A DNA stretch of 63,744 nt, filler included, from Rhabdomonas costata (GCA_019059605.1; 51 parts of 51 records of this genome joined end to end with filler, not necessarily neighbours in it), one strand, 5' to 3'. Counted from the whole stretch's first letter, positions 33,668 through 46,800 are shown. The notes: a model not told the origin generated them from the letters alone. A program made the numbers and translations.

Positions 33668-36557
33668 TTTGTCCCACCACAACCAAACTACCTCTGAGCA
33701 NNNNNNNNNNNNNNNNNNNNNNNNNNNNNNNNNNNNNNNNNNNNTTAATTAATTAANNNNNNNNNNNNNNNNNNNNNNNNNNNNNNNNNNNNNNNNNNNN
33801 GTTGTGGCGGAATCGAAAAATTTTTTTTGGAAAAGAATCAGTTCAAAATTGGGAATTCGAAGCCGAAATGCAAAATTGCATTCGACACCACTGCCAGCAC
33901 ACCATGGACATGACCAAAACACATGGGCTTAAAAGGCCCCTATGCACTCGACATACCGCAGTGTACAACCTCCATACTACTGTGTGCCAAGTTGAACCGT
34001 GCGCCCAATGTCACTTTGCTGCGCCTAGCTTCTTATCACGATTGCCAAAGAGGGATACAGGGGCAGCACCGCGCACCCACCTAAGCCAACACATTTAAGC
34101 AAGGTAACTTGTCCTGCTCGGCTTTGGCTACTTTTTGGTCAAGCTCACCAAGTCATACGTTTGGCCAAGGCCAAACGTTCGTACAACTAGAATTCTGAGA
34201 TGTCACGCTTGAGTTTGAAGGTGACACGAAAGGAGATCAGAATCACCTTGGATTCCACTGACAGTGCATCTTCTACGGATGCAGGGACTGGGGTGCAGGC
34301 CTGGCATCTGGCATTGGTGGATAACAAAATTGACCCCCAATAGTGTTGTCACCAATTTCTGTGATGATCGCTTCGTAATGAAATGGGACGTGGCCTCGCA
34401 TGTCAAGGGACCAGAGTCAAATGGCCAGAATAACGTCACAAGCACAAAATGGGCACAAACAGTCAGCCGGTGTCCGGCGAGGCCCACCGTTAAAAGGCAA
34501 CCGCAACAGGTGCGTGGCAGGCTGGACAGTGTAAGGCCAGCACAGGCCCTTTTTTGGTGGACCCAGTCATCAAAAAATAGAGGAGAAGAAAATGAACAGC
34601 ACGTCATGTTTTTCACAAGGGCAATGGCACGGCTTCCGGATCAAGCACCACATGCCATGGGTCACTGTCCGACCGGTCTCCACTCCACTCCTCAGCCATT
34701 GTAGGCGTACTCCGCCTTGTTGTGCATCACCATCACTCCATCGACGAAGTAAAAAGAGTCGCTCTTCGTCTCAAAGGGATGCGCGACAATATCGTCTTCT
34801 GTAAAGCAAGTATCGCCACCAGTTTTGCCAGTTTTGAAAGAAACCCAGCACACGTGGAAGCAAATTAGGGCAAATGTGCAATTAAACCCGATCCCAATGG
34901 GCACCATAAAGCTGAGCAAAGCTGAACTAATGCAAGGCTTCGAAAACCAAAANNNNNNNNNNNNNNNNNNNNNNNNNNNNNNNNNNNNNNNNNNNNTTAA
35001 TTAATTAANNNNNNNNNNNNNNNNNNNNNNNNNNNNNNNNNNNNNNNNNNNNGGTGGTGGGTGATCTTGGTTCGCAGTTGGCAGTGGGCTGCGTTGGGGG
35101 AGACCCCCCCCCGCACGGCACCAAACACACAGCTAGTGGCGGTAATGGGGCAGGGGCCTCGTCGATCTGAGTGTTTGCCAGTAACAGAGCGCTCATTTTT
35201 TGGGAGATTTAGGTGAATATGGGGTCACTATTCACGTAAGATTTCTGACATCTTCATCTGCGACTAACTGAAATTCGACGCAACTAGGGAAAGCAAACCC
35301 CATTTGAAAAAGTTCCATTTGAAAAATGGTTAGGACCGCACAAACGAGCGTGTAGGGTCGAAGTTGCGAACCTGGGGGCTGCCTCAAAACATGGCGGCAC
35401 AGAAGGGCAATGCGAGTTTTCGTGCAAAACTCCGTACTAGAGAAGAGTGGATCGACAAGCACAGAACCCTATTCTACTTCACATGTTCCTTGGCAGCTCG
35501 AGAAAATGTACCACTCTGCACGAAATAGACGCGCGAGCACCCTTTAAGGGCAATAGATGCGAAAAAGAATAAGGTGAAAACCCGCAAGTTACGCATATAC
35601 ATCAATAAGGGTTGGAAGCAAAACTAACAGGACTCAACATATAGCGTACGAAATTACACCTTAACCCCAACTACTGCAGACGGTCTGTGATCAGCGAGGT
35701 TACGAGTAGTACAGGACCGAGCCTCCTGCACAGAGAAGCAAAAAAAAAGGCCAAACGGGTGCGGGGAGAAACTGCTCATGGCAATGCGGCGACGCAGAAA
35801 GATGTTATAAGCGCCGCAGCAAACTCGAGACCAAGAGTAAGAGAAGCGTTCGTGGACGCACGCACAACTGAAGCAGGTCGAGGGGAAAAGCACAAAACAA
35901 TGCCACTCAGCACAGCCTTGCGCACCGGATCAGAAAGTTCGTCTGGGGAACATCTGGGGAATCGACAGTAGACCACTGGGACAGCATATCACTCGCAGAC
36001 TGCCTAACGGCTGAAAGTTCCACGCTCTCGTCCGCTTTCAGCTTGAGCAGCTGCAGGGCAGAGAACCCACGCGCCCTCCAACCAAAACTCAGCCTCATTC
36101 TCATCTGTCATCCGTCGGTCAAGCAACCTGCGCGCGAGTTGTCTACGTTGTGGGGATCCGGACAGCACAGCCCTTACAACATATCTGTAGTTGCCACAAA
36201 ACACNNNNNNNNNNNNNNNNNNNNNNNNNNNNNNNNNNNNNNNNNNNNTTAATTAATTAANNNNNNNNNNNNNNNNNNNNNNNNNNNNNNNNNNNNNNNN
36301 NNNNGTTGGTGTTTCTCAAAGGTTTACGTAAGTGCTTTGTGGGGCTTTTCTTGGCTTCACGAACAGGTCCCGGAAACCAAAACACAACCTGGAACTGGAA
36401 GGCGCAAGAAGGAAGCGGCGTCAATGGGAAACACCACCTTCCCGACTCTTGCTGGCTATTGAATTCTCGTTCACTCATTTTCAATTTGGTCAAACTGCCT
36501 GAACTCCACGGAATCAAGGAAGAACGGTGCCTTTAGGGGTGGGGCTGAAAGGCATAC

Positions 36558-37247
36558 GGCAGCTCTGGGTGTTGCAGGACTGCGTTTGATTGGTAGGCCC
36601 TGGTCCTGCCCCGTATCCCACAGCGGGAGTCGCAACCCGTCTCGAACGTGTTTGGACTCCACCACCTGAGCAAAAAATAAACATGGGGAGCGCAAAAAAC
36701 GTGAGAGAAAAGCAAACCCTGAAAGGACGGGACAAGAAGAGCTGCGCACTCACCGCAGCTGACACTGCAGCTTCCCCATGCCGTCCAGTTCGTCATAGTT
36801 GCGTCCACATCTGCAAAAAAAAAAAGTCATGCAAAGGTAATCATTGCCTTTCAAATCTGGAAAGTGATGAAAACAACTTAAGGCATACTGCAAGCGGCCA
36901 CCCAGTGGGCATCAGCGACCCACATCTTGCATTCGTCGTCGTCGTCGTCGTCGTCACCAGTGGTGCAAGAGTAGTTCTTGCCCGTGGCCAGGCTCACGGC
37001 TACGGCGCCTCTGGAACACTGGTTGGTGTTTTTGCAACCTCCGCAACCGAAGGTTGTCCCGCTGACACCGCACACATCTTTCTGGGTGTCACGGTAGGTA
37101 CAGGTTTTTGGAAGATCTGAGGAAAATCAAGGAAGCACATTTTTCATCAAATCCCTCACTTACAACATCCATTAATAAAAAGTGTGGCGCACCTGATACA
37201 GCTACAGTGGCAAAAGCAGCCAATACAAGAAAGGCTGCAAGTGCCAT
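36558..37247 (-). CDS. Secreted thrombospondin type-1 repeat protein, first 4 exons
   Basis: Exons 37247-37193 (signal peptide MALAAFLVLAAFATVAVS), 37116-36889 (Cys-rich, poly-Asp), 36810-36754 (WTAWGSCSVSCG), 36665-36558 (GGVQTRSR...QSCNTQSC); all phase-1 GT-AG. Confidence 0.9.
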
Positions 37248-37556
37248 CTGGCAGCTTGCTTGCGAAAGAAAAAACCCCAGCTCTCTGACAGGAAAACAAA
37301 AAAGACGAGGACGGTCGAAAAGACCATAGGAGCAAACCAACTTAAATTACATTAGATTACATTAGATTACATTGCCACGTTTTTCATTCAGTTATAAAAT
37401 TTCTTTCGAAAATTCATTTGATCTAGTTCAAAACCATTGGGAAGATCAACAAACCCNNNNNNNNNNNNNNNNNNNNNNNNNNNNNNNNNNNNNNNNNNNN
37501 TTAATTAATTAANNNNNNNNNNNNNNNNNNNNNNNNNNNNNNNNNNNNNNNNNNNN

Positions 37557-38610
37557 GGGGTTGGCTTGAGCGAAGCACTGGAACAGTTGCGAGACCCCGG
37601 CTTCGGCGATTTCGTTGTCCGCGAGACCAAGAGAGAGAAACGTGGGGCAGAGGCTGCAGTCGCAGAGTGCGGGGACATGGTCATTGCCAAGTGCACACCC
37701 GGAAAGGTTCAGAGTGAGCTTTAGCAGACCGGCCGTCTTGCGCACCTTGAGGGTACAGAGGAACAACAACTCCAAAACAAAGTGATGCTTCTCAAAGGTC
37801 ATTATACACTATATCCACGGTGTCAAGCAGGAGAGGCTGTTGAATGCATGATATATACCCACTGCGTTGTGTCGCAAAGGGATGACCTTATCTTAGCATA
37901 GTTTTTGTGTGCGGATCGGGGACAGAAATTGACTGCGCGTAACGCTCTTTAGTGTTGCTGTCGTGTGCGCGTTTCATTCCGGTGAAGAAGTCCCCCTGTG
38001 ATTACTTGTCTTCGCGCGTGTGTGCATGTGTGGAAACATGAAACCAATCGCACCGCTTGTTTGGCGTGGTGTTTAAATTTCCATGTTTAGAGAGAGAGAG
38101 AGAATGCCCTGTCTCAATAAACCCGTACTGGAAATCCTGTTTCACTTGGAATCACACCTCCATTAGGTCAGCGAGGTCTCTGCACGAAAGCCGCACTCCG
38201 GTGAGATCCAGGTGAAACAAACGCAAGCCACTGAGCCTGCAGAGCTTCCCCACGGCCGGAAAAACCAGCGCGCTGAAAGTTTCACTGGCGGTGGGGTGGC
38301 GCCAACGCTCGATCCGGAGAAGGTCGATACAGAGCAACCCTGGAAAGGAATCTAGCAGGGCAGCAATCACGTCATCGGATGGACCGCGCCCGATATCACA
38401 GTGAAAACCGTATGGGGTGCTATTCAGAGACTGGGCGAGGGTCTTGCAACGTTTGACGTCATTGTCCGATGATACCCTCCAAAGCACAAAAGGCAGATGG
38501 CCAAGGCGGTTCCATCGCCGGCAAACCAGGCCGAACCGCGGGGTTTGGATAAAGCCAAGGAAGCAAACTATACAGTCATCAGGGAGGGAACAGATTTTTC
38601 CGAGCTGCAT
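37557..38610 (-). CDS. F-box plus leucine-rich-repeat protein, first two exons
   Basis: Exon 38610-38158 (LPDDCIVCFLGF...LVCRRW; LRLFHLDL) and exon 37745-contig end (LKLTLNLSGCALG...LSLGLADNEIAEAG). Confidence 0.8.
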
Positions 38611-38808
38611 TCAGCAAGAAAAAGTTCAGATCAAAAGGAAGACAAAATCTAGTTCCACCCTTCAGAGCGAAAGAAGTTGTGAGCAATGAATCGTACACAC
38701 CCACCCACNNNNNNNNNNNNNNNNNNNNNNNNNNNNNNNNNNNNNNNNNNNNTTAATTAATTAANNNNNNNNNNNNNNNNNNNNNNNNNNNNNNNNNNNN
38801 NNNNNNNN

Positions 38809-39931
38809 GGTTGGGGGTGTAGGCTGACAACTCACCCCAACCAGCAACTTGAGCCTTCACGATGGCAGAACGGCCACGTCCCTCCGCATCCAAAATCTCC
38901 TCAACTTCCTCCAGCAGGTCACCGGCGGTAGATCGACCGTGCAGCTGCACTTTCATCTGGCGGGCCTGCTCATAAAGTTGGTGACGAGCAGGCTCCTGTT
39001 CATTCTCGATCAGCGCGCGGGCGTCCCTCTCCTTCTTGTCAAACCGGAGGCGAATAATTTGGAAATTAAACTTCTGCTGGGCGGCATGGAAGGCAAGAAT
39101 CTCACCAAGGGTGGCGGATTGGTCCTCCATGAGGGCTTTTCGGGCAACTTCTTCGGAGACTAGGAAATGATTCAGCTTGGGTATCCCCTGCTGCACAAGT
39201 TTGGTTTGCTCGCTGCCGCCAGCCGGGGCATCAATACGCTTGAAGCTGGGAGACAACCTCACATCCATGTCTTGCAGTTCCATTTTCAAGAGATGAGCCC
39301 ATTCCACTATCTGCGCGCGGCTGTATTCCTGTTCCCTCTCAATCATAGCCCGGGAGTCTGCTTCCTCGTTGCGCAGGTCAGGTAGAGGGCGGAGAAACCT
39401 TTGCTGAGTCATGCTCAGAGCTCCAAACTCCCTCCACCTAGATGTTTGCTCCTCTGCTATTGCGGAGCGCTCTTCGCTCTCGGCACTAACCAAACTTGTC
39501 AGCTTGTAGGACGGGAGCGGTGGACTTTTCGTGCTGTCACGGAAGAAGGCACCAATATTCGCCTTCCCTTGAACCAGCGCGTTCACTTGTAAAAAGAGGT
39601 GACTGGCAGCATCTGACTCGGTATCAACATAAGACAAGAAGGCGTTGGCCAAGGATGAGGATCGAGGGTCAGCTCTGGCCATCTGAGCGGAGATAACTTT
39701 GATGGCCTCGAGCTGAAGGGATAAACCTTGACACCGCTCCAGAAACTCCGCGTTCAGGAGGTGCACTTGCTGGTGCAGGTGATGGAACTCGACTTGCTGG
39801 TGGTGATGAATCGACATCCGAGCGCCCGCCTCCTGCTCGCTCAGGGCAAACATCTGGTACAGAAGAACGACCTTCATTGCAAACCACTGGTTCTGCTGCG
39901 CCATGAGAATATTTCGATTTGCGGCTTCCTC
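38809..39931 (-). CDS. Large exon of an E/Q/R-rich coiled-coil protein with EExxRxxIxxEQ repeats
   Basis: CAG acceptor 39932, >370 open codons; motifs EEAANRNI, EQEAGARMSI, ESEERSAIAEEQ, EEADSRAMIEREQ, EEVARKALMEDQ, ERDARALIENEQ. Confidence 0.85.
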
Positions 39932-40195
39932 CTGAAGGATAAAAAGAGAAGACTCAATCGNNNNNNNNNNNNNNNNNNNNNNNNNNNNNNNNNNNNNNNN
40001 NNNNTTAATTAATTAANNNNNNNNNNNNNNNNNNNNNNNNNNNNNNNNNNNNNNNNNNNNGGTTTTGTTGTGAATGCTCTGTCGCGCTCAGAAGTGAACA
40101 GGGATTTTTTTGTTTCCTTGTAAGGCTGTATTTCTGGAGCTTGACCGGAGGGTTTTCAGCACCTCTCTCTTTATATCTGGCTGCCGTGGTCGCAG

Positions 40196-40477
40196 GGCCT
40201 CTCCTGCGCCTTTGGGGCGAGCGCCGGCGGAACTGGGAGACCGCTGAGAATGGCCTTCACTCTGCCCTCGACGTGGGCCCAGGGCGCCACCCCCTCGCCG
40301 TTCCCCAGCGGATCCCCCAGCACGGCCTCCGCTATGGTCGACCTGGGCCAGGTGATGTTCTCAAATCGCCACAGCCTGTTCCAATGGAGCGGCGCTAGGG
40401 GTGCCCCAGTGCTCACCGCGGCAGTGTTCCAGGGCAGTGGGGGGCCCGAGATTAGCCTCGCGATGCCCTCTGGACTG
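40196..40477 (+). CDS. Exon resembling a GAIN/PKD-REJ-type extracellular region
   Basis: CAG/GT-bounded 282-nt exon; MAFTLP...VMFSNRHSLFQW...VLTAAVFQGSGGPEI resembles the pre-GPS strand pattern; family call tentative. Confidence 0.4.
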
Positions 40478-41353
40478 GTGTGCCTCCCAATTTTAATCCT
40501 CCCACACACACATAACCCGACCTACCCCTCAATTCTCAATTCACTTCTGGGCTTCCCGTATAGGAGCTCTCCATTTGAGATGATCACCAACTGAACACAT
40601 AAGTTTGAGGGAGTCTGGGGTGTGGCAACAAAGGCGCGAACGAGGGGCGAGATGACGTGTGGTGTAGTTCAAATGTTGCGCAATGCGGGCGAGTGTGCGT
40701 CTTAAAACACATGAAGAACCGCGAGAGAGAGAGAGAGAGAGAGTACAGGGGATGCGATCGGCACCGCACCGATTTAACTCCCACGGGGAAAAAGAACACA
40801 CCCCAGTCCCCCCCACCCCCAAGCGGACAGCCAAAGTTGAGGGCGAGGGCTACCGTACGATGTACCCGGGCATGCACGCTCGGTCACGCGGCGCGACGGA
40901 TTTCAAGCTTTTGGTGTAATGCAGCCAAGATTTGGATGAGGTAGGGATGAAACCAGCGCTGGCAAAATACACATCTGTTGTCCCTCTTGCCTCTGACGTC
41001 ACTTTTGGGACATCGGGCCTCTTGATGAGGCCTCGTTATATTTTTGAGAGGGATTTGATAGATTTTTGGTCAGGTTGTGTAAAAAGTGGTAGGGTGTTGA
41101 AGGGTGTGTCATTTTCAAATTGGATTCCTGTGTTACAGCATTCTGTTCCATTTGTTTATCAAACAACCCGGATAGCAGGCCGGAGTTTGTCTGCACCATT
41201 TTCTCTCCCCCCCCNNNNNNNNNNNNNNNNNNNNNNNNNNNNNNNNNNNNNNNNNNNNTTAATTAATTAANNNNNNNNNNNNNNNNNNNNNNNNNNNNNN
41301 NNNNNNNNNNNNNNTGTGGTTGTGTACTGTGACGGCCATGGACACGATTGCAG

Positions 41354-41890
41354 GGATGTGGACCCGACGGCTGCGGAGGTTCGTGCGGAGCTTGCACCTC
41401 TGGAGGGGTATGCGTTTCCGGGCAGTGCGTGGCGCCTGCGGGGCTCATGCCATGGGATGTGTACGGTATGTTTGTGTCTCCTCTCAACGCGGGGTACGAT
41501 GCAACTTTTTTTGAAGGGGGGGGGGTGCTAGACCGTTCACCCCCGCCCCCCGCATCCGACCGCTAAATTCGTGGGGCACCCACGATTCCTCCCAGACGAA
41601 AGGCATACTTCCTAACTTTTCTTCAAGTTCCTGAAGGATTTGTTCCTGAGGACAGGGTGAACGCATACCTCCTCCACCGCCCCCTGAATGTTTTGCCCCT
41701 GCCATTTTATTCAGAGTGTTGTCATCCGTCCCGTCCCCGGATTTCTGCTTTCTTTCCATTAGACGAGTGTGCTCCCAACCCGACGTTCCCCACGGTTCCT
41801 GGCCAGGTGACGATGTGCGTGAACGGGTATTGTGACCAGCTCTATGGGAAGTGCGTCTGCACTGACGGCTGGACGGGAAAGTTTTGTCAG
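41354..41890 (+). CDS. Cys-rich/EGF-like extracellular protein, 2 exons
   Basis: Exon 41354-41465 GCGPDGCGGSCGACTSGGVCVSGQCV; exon 41763-41890 DECAP...CVNGYCDQLYGKCVCTDGWTGKFCQ (EGF); phase-1 GT-AG intron. Confidence 0.85.
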
Positions 41891-42697
41891 GTGTCTTTGA
41901 ATGTGTGTGCCTTCCTAAATCCAGTAAGCTGAGGGGACGGTTGAGTCGGTTGGGGCGGCAAACACACACATACACACATGAGCCTCTGCCACCGTGCTGC
42001 ACTTCTATAAGCTGGGCTTGAAACGTGTTTGCTTGGGCTAATGACTAGTTTACGCTACTGCAGAAATCAAAAGTACCCATTTCAAACCCATCCCTCACCA
42101 CTTCGGACCTTCGAACTCCTCTTAAGCCAAACCTCAAACCGAGAGTTGTTGTATTGCTCTGCATTAATGCTTGAAAAATCAAGCATTAATGCAAGAACAA
42201 TACAACAACATGTGTAGCAGGTTGGTCACCAGAACACCTGTGCAGCATGTCCAGGTCCGTCCGACGTCCGAAACCACGTAGGACGACTGCCCGCTCGAGT
42301 TTCCTAACAGCGATCCTCCAAAGTGAAAACTTCCCATCACTGGCAATTACAAGCCCCAGAATCGGGCATCGAACATCCGAAGCATATGGAGGCAATTTTG
42401 TGCCCGGTGTTGGGGTGGTTTTCCCCAGTTAGGTCTGTCTTGCGCACATTAACTTTCCCCACCACCNNNNNNNNNNNNNNNNNNNNNNNNNNNNNNNNNN
42501 NNNNNNNNNNTTAATTAATTAANNNNNNNNNNNNNNNNNNNNNNNNNNNNNNNNNNNNNNNNNNNNGTGTGTGGGGGGAAAGTGCACTTTGCAATGGATT
42601 TGCAATGGATGTCTCATAAGGTCAACGTGTTGCAGTCGTGTTTCACCCTGAAACGGTGCGTGCGGGATCTGCGTGCTGGTGTCGTGCTGGTGTGCAG

Positions 42698-43349
42698 GAT
42701 GGAGTGCGCGCTGTGCCACCGCAAGCGGAAATACTATTGCTACGACTGCCTCCAGCCGGTGCACCCCCGCGGGGTCCACCCCACGGGGCTAAGGCTGCCT
42801 CTGGCCCTTCACATCGTGAAGCACGCCGGGGAGCGCAGCAGCAAGAGCACAGCCACGGCTGCCCCAGTGCTGTGCGACAACGCCCGGCTGTACACGTACC
42901 CCGACCTTCCCACCGGTCTGGACCCTGCCCGGACGTGCATCCTGTATCCCTCTCCGGAGGCCCACACCGTGTCGGTGCGCTGGGAGGGAGCGGTTTTTTC
43001 TCATTTGTTGATTTATTGGCAGTTTTACACCAAATACCACGTGCGGTTAAGAGTTGAGACAGGACAAATTTCAATGGTCGAAGTCTCCTAGTGGAAGGTA
43101 CAACGATGAAAGCAAAGGAGTAAGACGCCTCTGGGCCTTTTTCCGGAGACTTGAGCCAAGGAGCAGAGTTTCGAGCATAAAAAGGTATCATGTGAAAAGC
43201 GGATTCAGTTGCAGTTGCGGTTTGTGATGTGCATTGGAGAACTGGGCGGTTTTGTGGGTGATTCCAGGACATTCCTGAGCTGGAGAGCATCCAGAACTTG
43301 GTCGTGGTGGAGGCCACATGGCAGTTTTCGGCGGCGATACTGGATAAAG
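42698..43349 (+). CDS. DTWD1: DTW-domain tRNA aminocarboxypropyltransferase (DTWD1-like), 2 exons
   Basis: Exon 42698-42974 CALCHRKRKYYCYDC...LPLALHIVKHAGERSSKSTA...YTYP...ILYPSPEA; exon 43268-43349 ...NLVVVEATW. Confidence 0.88.
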
Positions 43350-44022
43350 GTTGATGAGGCATGAGTAAAGCCCTGGGCGTCACCCTGGCATGCTCTGTTG
43401 TAGCGTTCGACAGCGTGAAACTCGGGGCCGATTGAACAGGGCGTCAAAATCAAAACACAGTACATGTCTGCATTACTTGTGGTGGTTCTCACGCACCCAC
43501 CCACCCACTGTAACAACTCGGTTTATATATGTGAAGGATTACAGGGCAATAGATGCCCCCTGGGAGTCTGTTATTTCTTCGGCAGGGGGTTCGATGGCAC
43601 CAGTCGTCTCCTTACCCCTTGAGAATAACTCGAGGGCATCTTCAGAGGTCGCCAGATGCGATGAAAGAACACCCTACCAACTACATGGCCTAGCCTCGGG
43701 CACCCCACACACCCACACNNNNNNNNNNNNNNNNNNNNNNNNNNNNNNNNNNNNNNNNNNNNTTAATTAATTAANNNNNNNNNNNNNNNNNNNNNNNNNN
43801 NNNNNNNNNNNNNNNNNNGGTGTTGTGGAAAGCTGAAAACTGCGGTGTGTCCATTTCACATGTCAATAAGATCGCTAAGAACACAAGAAAGGTGATGACT
43901 ATATCACACTGATTTTCATATCACTTGTATGAAAATCAGTGTGATATAGTCATCACCTTTCTTGTGTTCTTAGCGATCTTATTGACATGTGAAATGGACA
44001 CACCGCAGTTTTCAGCTTTCCA

Positions 44023-44970
44023 TTTGTGACTCCAAACTTCCACTGTTAATGCCATAGTCTACTGATCAGAACATACAATAGTTTGAGGTTTTTTAATTTG
44101 GTTACTTCCTGGAACTCCATTGGTCATTTAATGCAATACGCAAAGACTTCATTACGCGAATGTTAGCACGCACTGCATCTTTGTTTGCTAAGCAAGCTTG
44201 ATCATCAGTCTCTGGCAAGTCACAAGAAATACTTGATGGTATTTACGCGTTGTTGGTTACAATATCTGCAATCAATAACACGTCTGTACACTTCATCTCC
44301 GGCATCGTTAACAACAACTTCCGCAACATCTTCTTCAGAGTCCCGTTTGTCATCTCTGCATGTCCGCTGATTTGTAGGTTAGATGGAAGAAATGTCATGA
44401 GCTTAAAATACAGAAACTTTATCAGTTCTTTCAAAAAATGAAACTGAAATCGAATACAAATCACTCACAATGAACATTGGCAATAAACGGTAGCTCACCA
44501 CCTCACACAGAAACAACTCTGCTTTCTGCAATGATTCATGTTGCTGTGACACGGAATAAACACAAGTATTTTCCATTTATTGTCATCACATTGTCCACAT
44601 TTGCATTTCCATAGTAGCTGTGCTTTCTAGTAACAAAACAAAGTCCACTGACACCAACTCAAACTCTAGTACATGTATTTCCAAATTCAGAAATTTTACA
44701 GTCGGCAAGTGATGGTCAAACGTTCCCATTGACTGATATCACAAGTCCCAACGTACGCCATCACATTTCCCTTTCTGTTCCTGAATGTTACCCTGGTCAC
44801 TACCAATGAACCGTCTGTGAAATCGTGATACATTGAAATTTACTACTTCTGCAGATTTATTGAAACTACAATCATTTTCTCATCGCAACTCCGACCATGT
44901 TGCCACTTTTATTGACTCTTAAACTCTGTAATCACTGAGCCGAAGTACTTTCTCCGAGTCCCCAACACAC
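44023..44970 (-). mobile_element. Ty3/Gypsy-type LTR retrotransposon integrase pseudogene
   Basis: In broken frames: DVMAYVGTCDISQ (Zn-finger end), FELVSVDFV, PMFIVSD, QISGHAEMTNGTLKKMLRK (QxNGxxERxNxTLKxML); many stops; AT-rich. Confidence 0.8.
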
Positions 44971-46372
44971 NNNNNNNNNNNNNNNNNNNNNNNNNNNNNN
45001 NNNNNNNNNNNNNNTTAATTAATTAANNNNNNNNNNNNNNNNNNNNNNNNNNNNNNNNNNNNNNNNNNNNGGGGGGTGTGTGTTTGGTTGTGTGGGTAAA
45101 TGAAGGAATGAATAAGCTTGGCAGGAGATAAGGCACCTGAGGGGCCGCACTTCTGTTGGGTGATGTTTTTCTAATGGAGTGTCATGAATTGATGACTACA
45201 ACACGGAACTACTGCTATTACTGGGGAGAACTGGGCGGGCGGGGTTGAGTGTTAACTGACGGCTTTTATGGGATTGTTGGAGTGCCTTCACTTCTCTGTT
45301 CTTTTACATTTGTCTACTGAGGACGGCTTTGCCCTCCTCCGGCCTTTCTTCATCTTCATGTCACCTGTCCTTTTTGCAGTCACTTCCTGCCCTGGGCACT
45401 GTCGTAACCACCTCCCGGGATATCGCCGGAGCTGCCTTGGAAAGTGAGGTGTGGAATTTTGCTCTTTTTCCTCCGTCCCACCCGATGTACTCTCTTCCCT
45501 CACCGCCACCCACCGCCCCAGTCCCAACGCTACCCGGTTTCTGAAGCACCCGTGGCAAATGTCGCCCCGGCCCCTGTCAACCTCCTCTTGCCCGTGTTGC
45601 GCCTGCGCGCGCACACCTTGAATATCCCTCCTTTTTTCCTGCCTGCCTCACTTTTCTGCAACTGAGGACCCTTGACGCTGGACGTTCAGTGTTCTTGCCG
45701 CTCTCCATTTGGCTCCATTTGGCTCCCTTTCATTACTCTGTTTGCTATCGTGCTCCCATTTCGGCGTGCCTGCCCATTAGTTTTTTCGGATGAACCTGCA
45801 TCTTCTATCTCCATTGCCCTTCAGTTCACTTTTCTGAGGCTCAGAGATGGCAGGCACACACACGTACACACTGCACATACTTTGCTCTGCAGCAGCGAAA
45901 ACTCCAGCATCACGGGAACAATTTTTGTGTTTTGAACTCTTTTGAACTCTTTTGCAGGATCCGTTCCCATGCCTGCGCGCCCTGCTGGATGGTGCTACTC
46001 CTCGGACGCAGGTGGGGGTCTTATGTGGCAAGAGGTGGCCATTGAAAGGAAGAGAAAAGCAGCAATCAGGAGACTGTGAAATTCAATAAGAGCGGGCTCT
46101 TGTACGCACAACAACGGAAGGCACAACATGGGATGCGGGTCACTGAAGACCACGGTCTGTGTCATGTTCCACCATTATCTACGCCGGTGTACACTCAACG
46201 AACATTACGCGCCCACACACAANNNNNNNNNNNNNNNNNNNNNNNNNNNNNNNNNNNNNNNNNNNNTTAATTAATTAANNNNNNNNNNNNNNNNNNNNNN
46301 NNNNNNNNNNNNNNNNNNNNNNATTTTTTTCCCGAATAGTACCAGCTATCCTTCCTTCGTTTTGGCCCACAG

Positions 46373-46567
46373 GCCCGGCGGTCCTTCACTGCGGGAAAAG
46401 AGTTGGCCAATGCCTGTGAAGCGAAGAACCGCGAGAGGGCGCTGGCCATTTTGATAAATGAACGCCCAGACGTCACCGTGGTGTCCTCCCGCAGTTTCAC
46501 AACTCCACTTGAGAATGCCGTCTTGCAGAGATGGGTTGACGTTATCGGAGCACTTGTCATTGCGAAG
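46373..46567 (+). CDS. Ankyrin-repeat exon
   Basis: CAG/GT-bounded 195 nt: ELANACEAKNRERALAILINERPDV...TTPLENAVLQRWVDVIGALV. Confidence 0.7.
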
Positions 46568-46703
46568 GTGCGCCCCACCGCAACCTTTCTCTCGGCTGAA
46601 GGGATGTCGTTTTGCTGTGAGCCGGAAAAAGAGGGATAATCTGCCTCTGTACAATCACTATCTGATGCGCCCCCCCCTCCGTCCTGTCGCACACATGGAG
46701 AGT

Positions 46704-46800
46704 TCCTTCCCTGTAGTTGCCTTTTGTTGCCCTTCCCTGTAGTTGCCATTAGTTGCCCTTCCCTGTAGTTGCCATTAGTTGCCCTTCCCTGTAGTTTCCA
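46704..46800 (+). repeat. 26-bp tandem repeat, ~3.7 copies
   Basis: CCTTCCCTGTAGTTGCCATTAGTTGC units. Confidence 0.95.

Noticed and set aside
34350..34460. RNase H-like remnant (KWDVASHVKG...N...WA)
   Set aside because: Only a loose resemblance to WVxSHxG...NxxAD; other catalytic motifs are not recoverable.
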